Source: Selaginella moellendorffii
Lineage: Eukaryota; Plantae; Lycopodiophyta
DNA: 64,000 bases
Direction: 5' to 3'
Assembly: GCF_000143415.4 (NCBI RefSeq)
Contig: NW_003314281.1
Location: 794,833 to 858,832, forward strand
This document shows, in pieces, positions 12,393 to 25,989 of this stretch. The position numbers and the translations under genes were made by a program. Numbering within the stretch: the first letter of the stretch is position 1; each line of letters starts with the position of its first letter. Below the pieces are notes generated by a model, which was not told the DNA's origin, made no database searches, and saw only the letters and a program-made list of their open reading frames with translations.

Positions 12393-13555
12393 ATGTCTGC
12401 TGTGTGTATCAGCGACGCGACCTCTTGCATCGACGCCGATGCCGCCAGGCGCCTCAACGTCGGCGCCCTCTTCGCGATCCTCATCACTTCCATCCTGGGC
12501 GTCGCCGTGCCGCTGCTCGTCAAGGGATTCACGCAAGGCCGGCTCTTCTTCGCGGGGCGATGCTTCTCCGCCGGGATCATCCTCGCCACGGGCTTCGTGC
12601 ACTTGTTGCCCGAGTCGTTTGACACGCTCGGCAGCGATTGCCTGCCCGAGATGCCGTGGGGGAAGTTCCCATTCGCGGGACTCATCGCCATGCTCGCCGT
12701 CATCTTCACGCTGTGCATGGACACCATGGGCATGACGTACTACACTCGTCTCAATGCGGGGATGGACAAGGATCAAAAGAATGATCTGGAGCTTGCAACC
12801 ACAGCTAGCAACAATGGCAATGCGGTTGTAGAACCTTGTGGCCATGGCGGGCACTCGCATACTCTCGATATTGGCGTGAGCGCGGAAGCTCGCAACAAAG
12901 TTATAGCTCAGGTGAGTTATCTCTCCATGATCTCTAAAGTTGAGTTCGTGAGTTTGGGGTTCTGGATCGATCAAGGTTACAACCTCGATTGAATTCTGTT
13001 CTATAGTTGCAAGAATTGTCTAGACTTGTGCTTGGGCGCTTGCAATGTTTTTGATCGTGGACTGTCACATACGTCTAAAGGTTTCATGGATACGCACAGG
13101 TCTTGGAGCTTGGAATCATCACTCACTCGGTTGTGATTGGTATTGGCGTGGGTGTTTTGAAGAGCCCTTGCACAATCAGGCCCCTTATTGCAGCACTGTG
13201 CTTCCACCAGTTCTTCGAGGGGATGGCACTCGGTGGATGCATTTGCTTGGGCGATTTCACAGTCAAAACTCAAGCGATCATGGCTTTCTTCTTCAGCTTT
13301 ACAACGCCCGCTGGGATGGCGATCGGGCTTGGAATCGCTTCCACGTATAATGAGTTCGATCACAAGGCGCTGCTTATCCAAGGCTTCTTCAACTCCACGT
13401 CCTCGGGGATTTTGGTTTACATGGCTCTCGTGGACTTGATCGCTACTGATTTCTTGAGCAAGGAGTTCTTCACCAGCATTCCACGCCAACTTGTGGGCTA
13501 CTCGTCACTTCTCCTCGGAGCAATCCTCATGTCGATTATTGGAATATGGGCGTAA
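12393..13555 (+). CDS. ZIP-family (IRT/ZIP) Zn/Fe transporter, 2 exons (intron 12912-13099)
   Basis: Motifs FSAGIILATGFVHLLP, His loop HGGHSH, QVLELGIITHSVVIG, FHQFFEGMALG and MALVDLIA. The GT-AG intron restores the frame. Confidence 0.93.
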
Positions 13556-13984
13556 AGATTGCAACTAGTGGTAGATATTCCAACAAAGCACAATAGCTCT
13601 TTCACACATTAAATTTGTATGTACTTGTCCAAACAGTTAAATTTGGGCATTAGCGTTTCTATTCTTCCTTTGTTGAAAATAATAATTTTTCTATTCTTTT
13701 TGCTTTATGATTAGAAATGTCATATATAAATAAGCATCCTGTTTTTTATTCTTTAAGAGTTGTCATGGCTGTCATTGTGCAGCTAGTACAAGTTTTGGTT
13801 CCCTTGGATGGATAGATCTGCCAACACAGTGAGCCAGATTAATAGGTACACGATAGAATACTTTATTAAGGTTTTAGTTTATTAAACTATCTATCACCTA
13901 ATTTACAGAATAAATTATTATTTTAATATTTAATTTAGTATTATAGTCATTCTCTTATTTATAAAAAGTGTCTAGATTTGCTTA

Positions 13985-14720
13985 TTTGTCATATCTACGG
14001 AATGTAGAGATTGTTCTGAACACAATGGTGTTCGTCCCATATCCAAATTCGCAATCTAAAGACATTCCATATTTAGTAAATTTTAAGTTAATCCCAAAAA
14101 CTAACTCCTGGTACTAAAAATGGCTTAGGGTGAAAGCCTAAAGCATGTATTCCTCAGGGGGGGGAGGGGGGGGAAGATATAAGGGGTTTCAAATGTATAA
14201 TAGAGATAGTGGGTAGGTCAAGCATGGCTGACTAACCTGAGGCATAGTTTAACTCCCGTTTGTGTGCCTAACCTTGTTCTGTGTTTGGCTTGGGTCTAAG
14301 CCCAAATTCTATTCCATGCTAGCTGGTGGAATACCCATATCCTCACGTTAGGCCATCGGTATGTCGAAATAACGCTAAACTCTGTTTAGCTCTATTTTGC
14401 GTGTTGGTTTTGGCATTGGGATGTTAATTGCTCTAGAACTTATCCAAGTTGCTCCATGCTCATGTCCCTTTGCTCCTTGGGCTACATGCTCGGGAGTCAT
14501 TCTATACTCCAGTGCCATTGCTCTTTGGCTCCATGCTTAGGAGTTTGGCATCATTCCTTCGTTCAATGGCCCAAGGCCCTAAACCTTGGGTTTCACACCA
14601 CTGTCATATGGACACATGGCATGTGACACGTGGCATATGGAGGGTTTAGGTTCTACTTCGTGATGTTATCCTATGGTAAATCACTATAGGATAAAGGGTA
14701 AAAACCACATGCACTACATA
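13985..14720 (-). mobile_element. Degenerate LTR-type repeat, homologous to the 44185-44232/47146-47655 flanks (inverted) and to 60480-60665
   Basis: Direct sequence similarity; carries the GGGTGAAAGCC..poly-G..TATA-like LTR motif. Confidence 0.7.
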
Positions 14721-15109
14721 AATCCATGTGTGGCTACATCTTTTTAATGAGAGCAACTCCATTTTCAATACTATCCACCAATATTTTGAAAACACAATAA
14801 TAGATCCTCTAAAATATTCTTTGCATATGCCACATAGCTAATGGTTAAGTCAAGAGTCACTATATAGTCACTACCATTGAGAAGGCATTTGTACACAATG
14901 TGAGACACAAATCCCTAAGCCCCAAAGTAGAGCCGAAAGGGTGCCACGTAGTAGTGGCCAAAGTGAAAGCCAAATGAGCGTAACACATTTGGACTAAAAG
15001 ATCCAACTTGAATAGTCGAGAATGGGAGTGGAACTCCCGACAAAGTGCTCAAGGAATGAGCATGAAGCGAGCAATAAGAGAGTCTCTAAAAAAGGGACAC
15101 AAAAGGACC

Positions 15110-15740
15110 AACACATGAGATGTGGTGGAGTCTGAGATGGACCCAAGATGGGACCCGAGATGGACCTGAGATGGAATCTGAGATGAAGTCCAAGATGGAG
15201 TTTGAGATGAATCCAAGGTGGACCCGAGATGGACCTGAGATGGAGTTCAAGATGAAGTCCGAGATGGAGTTTGAGATGGACCGAGATGGAATTTGAGATA
15301 GAGTCCAAGATGGACTCGAGATGGACCCGAGATGGAGTCTGAGATGGAGTCTGAGATGGACTGAGATGGAATCTAAGATGGAGTTTGAGATGGAGTCTGA
15401 GATGGAGTCCGAGATGGACTTGAGATGGAATCCAAGATGGAGTCCAAGAAGGACCTGAGATGGAGTCTGAGGTCGAGACCGAGATCGAGACTGAGACTGG
15501 GACTAGGACTAAGACCGAGACCAGGACCGAGGCTGAGGCCAAGACTAAGGCTGAGGTCAAGACCGAGCCCAAGCTCGAGTTCGAGTCTGAGTTCAAGTTT
15601 GAGTCTCAGGGTGAAAGCCCAAAGCATTTGTCTCCTAGACCCTAGGGGGTTTGGTGAGCTCCAAAAGTATAGTAGGGGGAGGACTCTAGTGGAGCCAGTT
15701 TGGCAAGAAAGGTCAGTTTGGCCTAGGAAGGCTGTACCCA
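15110..15740 (+). repeat. LTR-associated 6/12-bp tandem array (GAGATGGAGTCC-like) followed by a conserved LTR motif
   Basis: The array is visible directly and is followed by GGGTGAAAGCCCAAAGC...CCAAAAGTATAGTAGGG, as in the LTRs at 49-56 kb. Confidence 0.75.
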
Positions 15741-18700
15741 GGTGTTGGGTGATGGGATAACTATTGGGAAGTCCAAGGCTAGAGTGAATACAGACCGACA
15801 AGTAGGTAACTTGGTGAACTGTTCAAGAGCCAACTCTAGTTCCACCAGGAGATCAAATAGCCGATACTCCCAATCCAAGTGTGGGTGGCACTACCTACTT
15901 GGATACCTAGTGTGGCTCAATGGAACCTCGCTCTAAGCCCATGGCTAGAGCACCCAAAGGTAGAAGGTGGGGAGAGTACACATAAGGCTCGTGTAGGGCT
16001 ACGGTGTTTCGAAATGTTGTCCTAAAGTCCCAGATTGTGGAAAGGAAGAAGAGTAGTCCTCTAGTGTAGTGACCAAGGATACGGTCACATGGTAAAGAAG
16101 TCCCAGAGGACTGTGGGACTTGGTGATCGGGCCAGTAGGCTTTGATCCAGTGGCAGTGGTGGCGAACACGGCCATAGTTAGAAAGGGACTTGGTGGGGAC
16201 CGAAAATGGGATATTGGGGAAGGTTGTTCCCCATGGCTGCAAGCATCCTAAGGATGCTAAGGAATGGATCTGGGATGACCACTTATGGATGGTTAGGCTT
16301 GGTCTTTGAGAGACGGGACGGTGGTGAAAGTGGTGTTGGATCATTGATGTGACAAAAGTGAATGAGCATGGCCTTGGCATAATGGGCTAATATGTCGGTG
16401 GTACCTTTAGGTGTCGATCATGCGATTAGACACGTGGAGCACTTTGACCAAGTGCAATGGTTGAGTGGTATGGATGCCATTTTTGGGGCTAACAAGTCCC
16501 TAAGTCCAGAATAAGACTTACGAAGGTTGTGAGTGAGATGGTCAAAGGTGTGGTTAAATGACTAAAGTAGATGGAAAATTTAGTTGCTTACATACAAATC
16601 ATGAAAGATTATAATATAGATTAGCAATGGGAATAAAAAGTTTTTGTCTATACAATGTTGTAAAGGGAGTGAGACTTAATGTCTCACTTCTAAAGTCTTG
16701 GGTGTTTATCAATTGTCATTTCTAGTGCACTATCTAAATTTTGTCACCTACCCAAACCTATAGAGTTCAAGTGAGGAGAGCTATACCAAGTAGTGTGGCC
16801 ATATTTTCAGGATTAAATAGTGATCATAATTGTAAGCACTTTACAAGACAAGACAAAGACAGAAAAGACAAAAGAACACATGGCATATAATTTTCTACCA
16901 CCACTACTACAACTATTTTTCTATACTTCTTTAGGATACAATCTAATTCCAAATCTATAATTTACTCTATACTTGCAAATAGAAAATGCAAAGCTTCAAG
17001 CCACTATGCTAGAACTTAGCACCTAGATATATTTTCTTTTGCCGCCTTCTTCCCTGCCTCCAACTTAGCAAAAATTCTTTTAGGGTGGCTACCTTGGGAA
17101 TTTGCTACCTCCTTCAATCTTTAATGGCCTTCAACAGTTAACCACTCATTTTGAAATGACTGCTAAGCCCTACACATTCTTGCAACTAGTTGAGTATCAA
17201 CCCATTTGGGGCATCTATAATACGTAAAGACTACATTCCTAAAATTATTGCCCTCACCATTTTTGTCATGATTTAGGTAGCTAAGGTAATCCTCGACAAC
17301 ATTCCCTTGCTCTAAGAAATGGCTTAGTGATCATCACACAAGTTGTCCAGCCTTACTATAGCACGGTTTCTACCCTAGTTGTGGCTCATATGACTCATGT
17401 GGCTCAATGCACAAACAACAACACCCAATTCTTCTCTACAGTTACTCAAACACTAAACACAACATATAGCTCCAACACCCACACCACCCAAGAATTCCAA
17501 AGCCATCTTACTACTTTTGCCCTTGCTTCTAATTATTACACCACTATTTGAAGTGTTTCTCTCTTCACCATCACAATACCCAAGCTCAATGCCATTGCCT
17601 GTTATGAGGTAATCTTTGCATCAACTATAAATACTCAAGCCATTTTAGCCACTTGTATTTCCCCCCATTCCTCGTGGCACATTCTCCAACACTAAATTCA
17701 TTTGTAGCCACTTTTGTAAGCCCTAAACCAACTATTTCAAATCACAATTAACAACCCTTCTTTGCAATTTGAGGCATTGGCCTCACAGTCCACACTATCA
17801 CTTCATACTAGAGTATGTTTTTATAAAGTACATTTTTATAATTTTTTTGTATTTACTTTTTACTTTTCTATACTATGATTACCATACTAAAGATACTCTT
17901 TAAATATACTTTCATTTGCTAGTAAGTGTTGAAAGACTATTTAGTGTTTTACTCAATTGTTAAAGTGAAAGCATCAAAGTGTTTGAAACTAATCACAAGA
18001 AATTTTGAATAGTCAACTCATTTACTACTTTAATAGTTATAACTGCAAGTTGAGCACTCAAAGATTAATATATTACCTTTGAAATAACAGATATAACCAC
18101 GTCCAAAGACTCTAAGTATATCCCATTCCCCATTTGATAATTATATTAATTAACATGAATTGTTGCTCTAGTGAATATCATATTATTTCGGATAATCTAA
18201 AGATATGAGCTCCACATTCTCCTTCATCGTGGAAACTCTTTGCAAGTGACATTTCATACTTTATAAGTACCTCACTATATTTAGGTCAAATATGGAATAT
18301 ATTATGAAACTCTTTGCAATTAAACTTTTAAAACTAATCATAATATAGGTAATCCAATTTGAAACATTAAAGGAATCCAACACAACTACTCCTTCGGACT
18401 CTTCTAGTAAAATAATTAAATCTTCAAGCCATAAATTTCACCCAAACATGCCTATCCTGGTCCTGATATATCCTCTATATAGAATTTTGAGAAAACACTA
18501 AGTTTCTATTATAGTCTTCAGGAAGTTTAGATCAGTTCACAAAAGTTCCTGCATAGTTACTTCAAATTAGTGTGCTTGTAATTTTTATAGTCTTTAGTAG
18601 CTTAAATATAAATCCACTACCCACATATTTTTTTATATTTACACTTTTGTTGTATTTACCATTGAAAAACTTGTTTTTCCCAAGGGTGCACACAACTCTT

Positions 18701-19199
18701 TTTCATTTACCATTAAAAAAAAAACTTCTTTACTCTAGGTTGAGGCATCATTTGAACCTATTATAAACTCTTTTATTTGAAAATATACTTTTACAATCGG
18801 ATTTGGTGTGAAATATTTTCCCATATAAAAAGATCTTTATCATAGTAACCTATAACAACATTATACCTTGAGCCTTTTGCAACATTCTAACCCAATCAAG
18901 ATAAAACTTTAAAAAAGCACATAAGGATCTTTTCTCTATCTGTCATTCTATTTTTAGCAACATTTCTCTCTCTTGATATTTCATTATTGCCATGAAATGA
19001 TACTTGGTAATACAATTATAACTTATTTTGTTTTCTCCAAAAATTTATTTAAAGCTTTAAAAGTTTCTAGGGTTGAAGTCAATATTAAAATTGGGTTAGA
19101 GTTATGCCCCATAACTACCTGAGCTGGGCAAGTGTGATTTGTTGCAGAAGCATGATGCTATGGTAGTTTCAGTGGCAACCTTGATCATAAGAATCAATC

Positions 19200-19830
19200 A
19201 TAAATTGAATTGCCACATGATAGGGAGCAACACCATGGCTAGCAACTTAGGTGGCAATGAGATCTAAGCACTGTGTGAGGAGTGGTAGCATGGTTTCCTC
19301 CACAACAACTCAAATAGTGGCGAGGCCCAAGCTCTACATGAGGGGGGTAGTGTCATAGCTCCCCTCATGGCAACTCAAGTGGTAGCATGCTGTGGCTACC
19401 CCCCATGGTGGCTTCAATGATGGCAAATGCCACCTCTCAGACTATTGCATGAGGGAGAGTGGTGTTATGGTTCCCCTTATAGTAGCTTTGAGTGCTCACA
19501 AGCACCACCACCCAAGTTATCAAGTGGCATTACCAACTAAGCTACTTTATGAAGGAAAGATGCATTGTGGCTCCCCCCACAACAGTTTTGAGTAGTGGCA
19601 AGCATCACTAACCAAATTGCCGCATGAGAGGGAGTGGCACTATAGCTCCCCATATAGCAACTTTGAGTGCTAGTGAATGCCACCACTTGAGCTATTATGT
19701 GAAGGGAAGTGACACAATAGCCCCCCTTATGGCAATTCTAAGTGTTAGCAAGTGCCGTTACTCAAGCTGCTAAGTGAGGGGGAGTGGTGTTACAGCTCCC
19801 TTTAGAGCAACTTCAAGTGCTGGTGCTCAA
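19200..19830. repeat. Degenerate ~60-bp tandem repeat
   Basis: Recurrent GAGGGGAGTGG..TAGCTCCCC..AGCAACT..GAGTG units. Confidence 0.6.
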
Positions 19831-22657
19831 CAATTGGTTTTTGCACTTAACCACTTTAATTTGTAGTTATTGATCTTCATTTCTATTTTTTTTTTCAGGT
19901 TTATGCTTACACTTTTTAGACTTTACAAACTTGCTAGAACATGTGTAAAAAGGCAATATTTATTAAGAATATTGCTATTAATGCCACAAGGGACAAAGGT
20001 ACAACATGGGCAAAAGAATTTTTTTCAAGCTTTATTAAGCAATTCTCTTGAAAATGAGCATATTGAGAATCCTAAGTAGATTAAGAATCCCAAATTGCCT
20101 AGAAATGAGTTTGAGGAGGAAGATGATGAAAAAAAAGGTAATGGCTTTAACTCTTTAGAGAGTCAAAGTGCACAAAAAACAATACAAAAAAATAAAGTGG
20201 AGCCAAAGATGAAAATAAAGCAAAGCAAAAGCAGAAAATAAAACTATAAACATGAGATAAAATTTTATATATTAGCTTGTTCAATTGTTCCTTAAAGCTT
20301 AAAGTGGAGATTATTTCAAATTTATTACAACAATTGACAATCAAGAAGAATGTTCCACCTCCCTAAATGCCTCTATGCCACATGATCTTAAATCCAATAG
20401 TGGAATAAATGGTGAACATTGTGGATTTTCCATTCAATAGTGAGGCTTTAAATAAAGTCTAAGTTTAGTATAGCAAAGGGTTTAATGCTCTTGAATGAGA
20501 AAAGAACTTCTTGAAATGAAATATAGTAGTGGTCTGACATGAAATTTAAGGCCACTTTTAAAAATAGGACATGCCAGATGGAAGGAAATTCTTTCCAATT
20601 AGATGCTACTTTTGTGGGAAGAAAATCACCAACTCAAGATATAGTTATTATTGATGGATTTGAACTATTCAAATCTAGCTAACAAGAAAATTATAAGATA
20701 CTATGTTATGGTGAATATTGCAATGATAAAGTTCCAAGACAAAAACCATATTTCACTCATTGTGGCTTTGACTTTAGTGAATAAGTATGTCTAATTCTCC
20801 TCTAAATTCTGTGATAGCATAATTTTTCCTATATAAGCATGGTTATGCAAAACATTCTCTAAGCATATGCTAGCAAGATTAAAGATGAGCTTACAGACGA
20901 GGAAAAAGTCTAACTCCAACATAACAATAGCCAAGGAAAACTAGTCACAATAGTTATGCCAAATTCCTTTTATACATCAATTTGCTAAAGTATTCATTTC
21001 AAGTTTTTTTTACTTCTCCAATATGACATCAATAAAGACTTTGGAGAAATTGAAGAAAAAAAAGTTTTGATATTGATGCTACTACTAAAGAAGAGTACAA
21101 AATCAAACAAAAATATATAATAAAGATGATGAAGTTGACTAATATCTCACATCTAGATTTTAGAGAAGAATGGTTTATGATGTGATTATAAGCTTTTAAA
21201 TTTAGAACTCCTAAAGGATCACAACTTAATATTATTCAAACCTAAGAATGCTCAACACCAAATATCCCAAGACCCTTAACTGATTGAAAAAAAGAGGTGC
21301 AATTTTATTCATGAGCCTTTTCTTTTTATATTTGAACTTCTAGAAATCATTTTTCAAATCATTCCCTTTACTAACAAACTTTAATATAGAGGATTTGCAA
21401 TATAAATAATGCATATTTGAGAAGTTAAATATGATAACTTTGGCATAAATTCTAAATTTATATAAGTTAGCAATATTAAAAGAGTTGGAGAGTAATTGGC
21501 AAGTTGTCCACTCTTTAGTCCCAACTGTTAATAAGTTATTCCAAGTTTGGTGAAGGTTAAAGGAGATAAATATCAAGATAATGGAAAAAGAAATTAAATA
21601 TGTTGAAGAGATGGGTGAAGAACTTTTTTCTAGAGCATATTGGTCAAAATATAAAACAATATTGCAACAAATGCAAATTTGAGTTTGGGATTTTATAAAT
21701 TTAGTTACAGTTTCAACTAGTGTATAGTAAGGTTGAGTTTGAAGAGGATAATGATGAAAACTAAAAAGGATAAGATAAATAATATAATAATATAAAAAGT
21801 TGGTCAGCATCTTATATACATATAACATTTTCATCACTTTATACTCTTTAAGTTTTAACTTTCTCTATTTTTTAGATATTTTAAATCTTTGTGGAAGGGG
21901 ATTCCAACCATTATTGAGCTATGGTTGTCCCTTACCTTGCCTATTTACATGTATGGGGACAAAAAGCTACTTAAACATATCAAAATTATAAACTATAAAC
22001 AAGAAAATTGTTTTTGATGGTTAAATTTTAGTGTTGCTATATTGTCAAAAGGGGAGCAAAAAATGTGAATCACATATATAAAACTAGTTCAAAGAGAAGC
22101 AACTCAAGATTATCAAAGAGGAATTTTTGATAAAATTTAATAATATTGACTAATTTATTAAAGTGAAGACATAGCCAGAAAAGAAGAGAAGAAGTGTGCC
22201 ATACAAAAAGCACTAAAGGCATTTACTACACTTAGTAAGCTCATAAATTTTTTCTTTTTTTTTGGCTTTTTCTAGTTAATCCTAAAATGGAAGAGGTTTA
22301 AATTTTAGAGAAAAAGGAAAAAATACTTCCCACAAGCTTAAATAGCATCTATATACCAATGATTAAGATATTAATAGCACTTAGCCACCTTGGATGGGAC
22401 TGTGGAAGACTTAATTGAAGTCATTTTTCAAGAAGGTTACAAGATATATAAAAAATATGTCAATAAAGATTTTGATAATGATTTTGAAATTGGTGGAGAT
22501 CATAAAACTTCAAATATTGAAGCTTTCAATAAATTAATTCTTGAGGAGTTGAAGAAATTTATGTATCACCACTCTCAAAGTCCTAAGATATAAGGAAACA
22601 AAATGCCATTTAAAATACAGCTAAAGTCATAGTTTGAATGAATGAAAAATTGAATTA

Positions 22658-23760
22658 TGGACATGTTAACAAGGAAATCATCCACATTCTTGTTGTTGGA
22701 GCAAGTGACAACAGCTTGGGGACTTTTGAAGCACTATCCTCTCCAAGCAATTTGCCTCTCTTTTTGCTGAGATCAAGTTCACTTCTCAGATTGCTGGAGC
22801 ACTTTGGGAGTGGCCACCTTCTGTCTTGGTAAGCTCACACCTCCTTTCTTTTTCTATAAAGCTATTAGAAGAACCTATTTGTATTTGAGTTCATATACTT
22901 TTTTTCTTGCAGGTCGGCAAAAAGATGAGACCTCGCTTGCAAAGGCAAAGAGTGGTGCATGGTTCATATGCGAGGTACAAGGAGCACCCCGGTGAGAATG
23001 AATGTCCAACTTTTCTAAGAACTGGGTGGAGGATTGTTGGAGAAGATGCTGGAGCTCCAGACACAAGTTGACAACTTCCGCCATGACTCCAGGACTATCC
23101 AAGAGCTCGGCATCAGCCAAAGCTGTGGATGCTAGCACCGGTTATCAACACGGACCAGTTTATGTTCCAGCTGACGAGCTTTCTCTCCGAACACCCGATG
23201 TGCAGCCTTGACACGAGCTATGGAAGAGATTTGGTCGAAGTTGAGGACGTTCTTCACAAAGATTACAAGGCACTGGCTTGGCTAGCCGGGAGATTGCCAA
23301 GGACGACCTCGTCTATCCCCTCAGGGGAGCTCTTCTCAGCATTGCCAATGATGGAACGAAGTTCCCAGCCTTGGATCAGTACTTATGTGTGTCATTCTCC
23401 TGCAAAGAATTAAAATTTACAACACGAACCAAGCAAAAGACGCCTCAAACATAGTGACCTTGTCAATATTGCCAACTTCCCAGTCGTTCTCCTCGGTTAT
23501 TCCTCCACAATCATCGTTTTCTCATGTGACACACATGTTTGGCCGGAGTCTGAGCTTCTATCCACCTCTGACGTGTAGGATTGAGGCCGGCTCCCATAGA
23601 AAACATCAAGCTTGGAAGAGAGACAAGGCAAGATGGCACGGTGCGCGGTAGAACTTCTCAAAATAATAAATATTCTTTTATATTAACTTTGGTTTTAATT
23701 TGCCAGGATTTTCATTATTGTTTGGATGCGCAAGAGAACGTAGCCATTGTTAAGAACATC
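22658..23760 (+). pseudogene. FAD-dependent oxidoreductase (D-amino-acid oxidase family) pseudogene, copy 1
   Basis: HILVVGAS.. (decayed GAGxxG), TSQIAGALWEWPP, APVINTDQFM and VYPLRG, with frameshifts and deletions. Confidence 0.72.
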
Positions 23761-23851
23761 CTCCACCAACAAAAATTCCTTGGCTTTTCTAGGTAGCAGT
23801 AAAGAATAGAGCTACTGAATAAAAAAACTAAAACATAAGAAACTCTATAAA

Positions 23852-24265
23852 TCACGCTTTAGCTTGTTTAGCAGATGTGAACATCTCCTTAACTTCTGCA
23901 GGTGGCTTGGTCTTGATCATGTTGGCAACAGTGTTGCACGTTAAACTCAGCAAACTCTTGACGTTGAGATAGTTTGAGGCCAATACCATTTCAAAGAGCG
24001 TGGGAATACCAACATTAACAAAGTCGTCGTCAAAAGCCTTGATCTCCTCGCTGGTCTTCTTACTCCCGTCCTTTTGAGCGTCCATATGAAACTTGATGTA
24101 TTCAATCACCTTGGCCAGGATAGGGCTGGAAACATTGGGTAAAGATATCGCCGAATCTAACCCAACGTCCTCAATCATGTTTTTCACCATCAGAGATTCC
24201 AAAGCTAACTCTTCATCAACCTCAAACACATCGCCCTCTGCACTCTTTAGCGTCACCTTCGCCAT
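23852..24265 (-). CDS. Intronless SKP1/ASK-like protein with a shortened C-terminus
   Basis: VTLKSAEGDVFEVD, ISLPNVSSPILAKVIEY and LASNYLNVKSLLSLTCNTVANMIK; 137 aa. Confidence 0.88.
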   Translation of the reverse strand: MAKVTLKSAEGDVFEVDEELALESLMVKNMIEDVGLDSAISLPNVSSPILAKVIEYIKFHMDAQKDGSKKTSEEIKAFDDDFVNVGIPTLFEMVLASNYLNVKSLLSLTCNTVANMIKTKPPAEVKEMFTSAKQAKA

Positions 24266-24320
24266 CTTTGAAACCTAAACCTAGAAATTTATTCATAAAA
24301 GATCTAAAACAGATAATTGC

Positions 24321-25348
24321 CTAATCAACAAGATAATAATCAATAGTGATGTTTTTCTCGAAGTTGTTTCCCAACCTCTTGTTCTCAAAACGCAACTTCA
24401 AATACTCCTCCTGGAGAAAGCTTTTGTACTTTGGCTGATCACTCACAAATTCTGGAAGAGGAGCGATCCTAGTTTTGCCTTCGGCGACATGGTGGTAAAC
24501 AAACGAGAAACGCTGCTTCTTGTTGGCTACTACGCAATGAACGGCAGCTTTGTAAAGTCCATTTGTCCACACCTTTTTTCGGTTGAAGACAATGAGAGAA
24601 AAAGATTTGAACAAATACCACTTACCTGTATGATGTCTCCAAGGTTGATAATTAGTGAATTTTCTACTGGCACTACAAGATGCCAAGTCCCATCTTTGAG
24701 AACCTGGTAACCAGGAACACGATTAAGTTGTGACACTATGGTGAAGATGGTACCGTCTTGATGAGGGGCGAGAACTTGGCCCTGGTAGTCAGAGCAACCT
24801 GGATAGTGAAGAAAGTTGAAGTAATCTTCATTCTTGTCAAAGCAGTTTCGTCGGGAGCTCCTAGGCTTTGGGACAAAATGACCATCATGTTGTCGCACAG
24901 TTTCTGCATTTGTTTTGACACTTCCACAGCATGTGGCCTGTGATTCACGAGTAAGCTATTTAACAATATGTAAGATTTTGTGAAAGTACCTGAAGCTTGG
25001 TACTAGATCTGGCCACAAGGTGGACTTATCTTCCGCAGCAAACATGAAATGTTCCTTTCGATCAGGAGGTCCTCCTTTAGCACCACTTCCGTGAACGAAA
25101 CCCATTCCGTTGTTGGGAGTGCTAAATTTGCACTTGTACTCCAGAGGGAGCTCAAAGAAGCTGTGAGCGTTTTGGAGTACCTTGCTCAAGAGGAGAGAAT
25201 CCAAACCATGGTTAATCACTTGAAACAGACCGAATTCCCTACACGCTTTGTTGATTGTTGCCAGTGATTCCAGGCGTTTCCTAGCAATATCTGTGCCAGC
25301 TTTGTCTTCCACAAATAGTGCAAAATCCACCACTGGAATGGCCGCCAT
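24321..25348 (-). pseudogene. 2-oxoglutarate/Fe(II) dioxygenase (DOXC-type), copy A, frameshifted
   Basis: IPVVDF, PHQDG (HxD), AVH and RFS motifs. A 10-nt deletion near 24850, relative to the 31225 copy, shifts exon 2 out of frame. Confidence 0.8.
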
Positions 25349-25584
25349 TTTACAACGCTGAGACTTGTGTTGGTGGGGCTTCTTAAGTAGCAAATCTTTG
25401 TGCTTTGCTAAAGATTCGTGGCTTGAAACACGACAAGGGACTGTTTACAATGTGCACTATTTATAAGCAGACAGTGATCCAAGCCAACAACAGGTTCTTT
25501 ATGGACTGTACAATTTCGTTGACCTTTCGTGTTCGGAACTAGGGTTATAATTTGAACACGAAGTCAATGACGGTCGTGGCCGCC

Positions 25585-25950
25585 AATGCGCCACATCCAT
25601 CGCAGATCGCGCTGGCGAAAGAAAAAACGCCGAGGAGTTTAGTTCTGCCGCCGAGGAAGTCGCTCTTTCTAGCGTCGAAGTGCTCTGATCGAGCGCTCCT
25701 TGTTTGCTATTACGTGATGAACACGGTCCCATGCTTCTTCTCAGTCGGGCATACGTGGACAGTAAACACCTTGTAATCCACACCTGTAAAGAACAAATTA
25801 AACCCTCCAGTAATCCTGATATAATGTCTCCAAGGTTAGATGGCACCGCTATTATCATACTTGACACGATTAAGATGGTACCGTCTTGATGAGGGGCGAG
25901 AACTTGGCACGGGTAGTCGGAGCAACTGGGATAGTTGAGAAAGTTGTATT
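25585..25950. pseudogene. Chimeric remnant: PPR N-terminal fragment (+) next to a 2OGD exon-2 fragment (-)
   Basis: CCACATCCATCGCAGATCGCGCTGGCGA matches 28162 onward; 25870-25950 matches the APHQDG / FLxYP coding segment. Confidence 0.65.
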
Positions 25951-25989
25951 GACTTGTTTTGATTTTTAAAATATTGACTCAAAAGCCTG

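Noticed and set aside
14994-15801. Repetitive ORFs or a CRISPR-like array (also 49815-50141 and 55970-56263)
   Set aside because: These are simple 6/12-bp LTR tandem arrays without unique spacers, in eukaryotic DNA with no cas genes.
16600-22600. Specific transposase assignment (e.g. a MULE/SWIM-like trace near 18200-18260) for the AT-rich block
   Set aside because: The motifs need several frameshifts to read and the region is too decayed to call without an HMM search.
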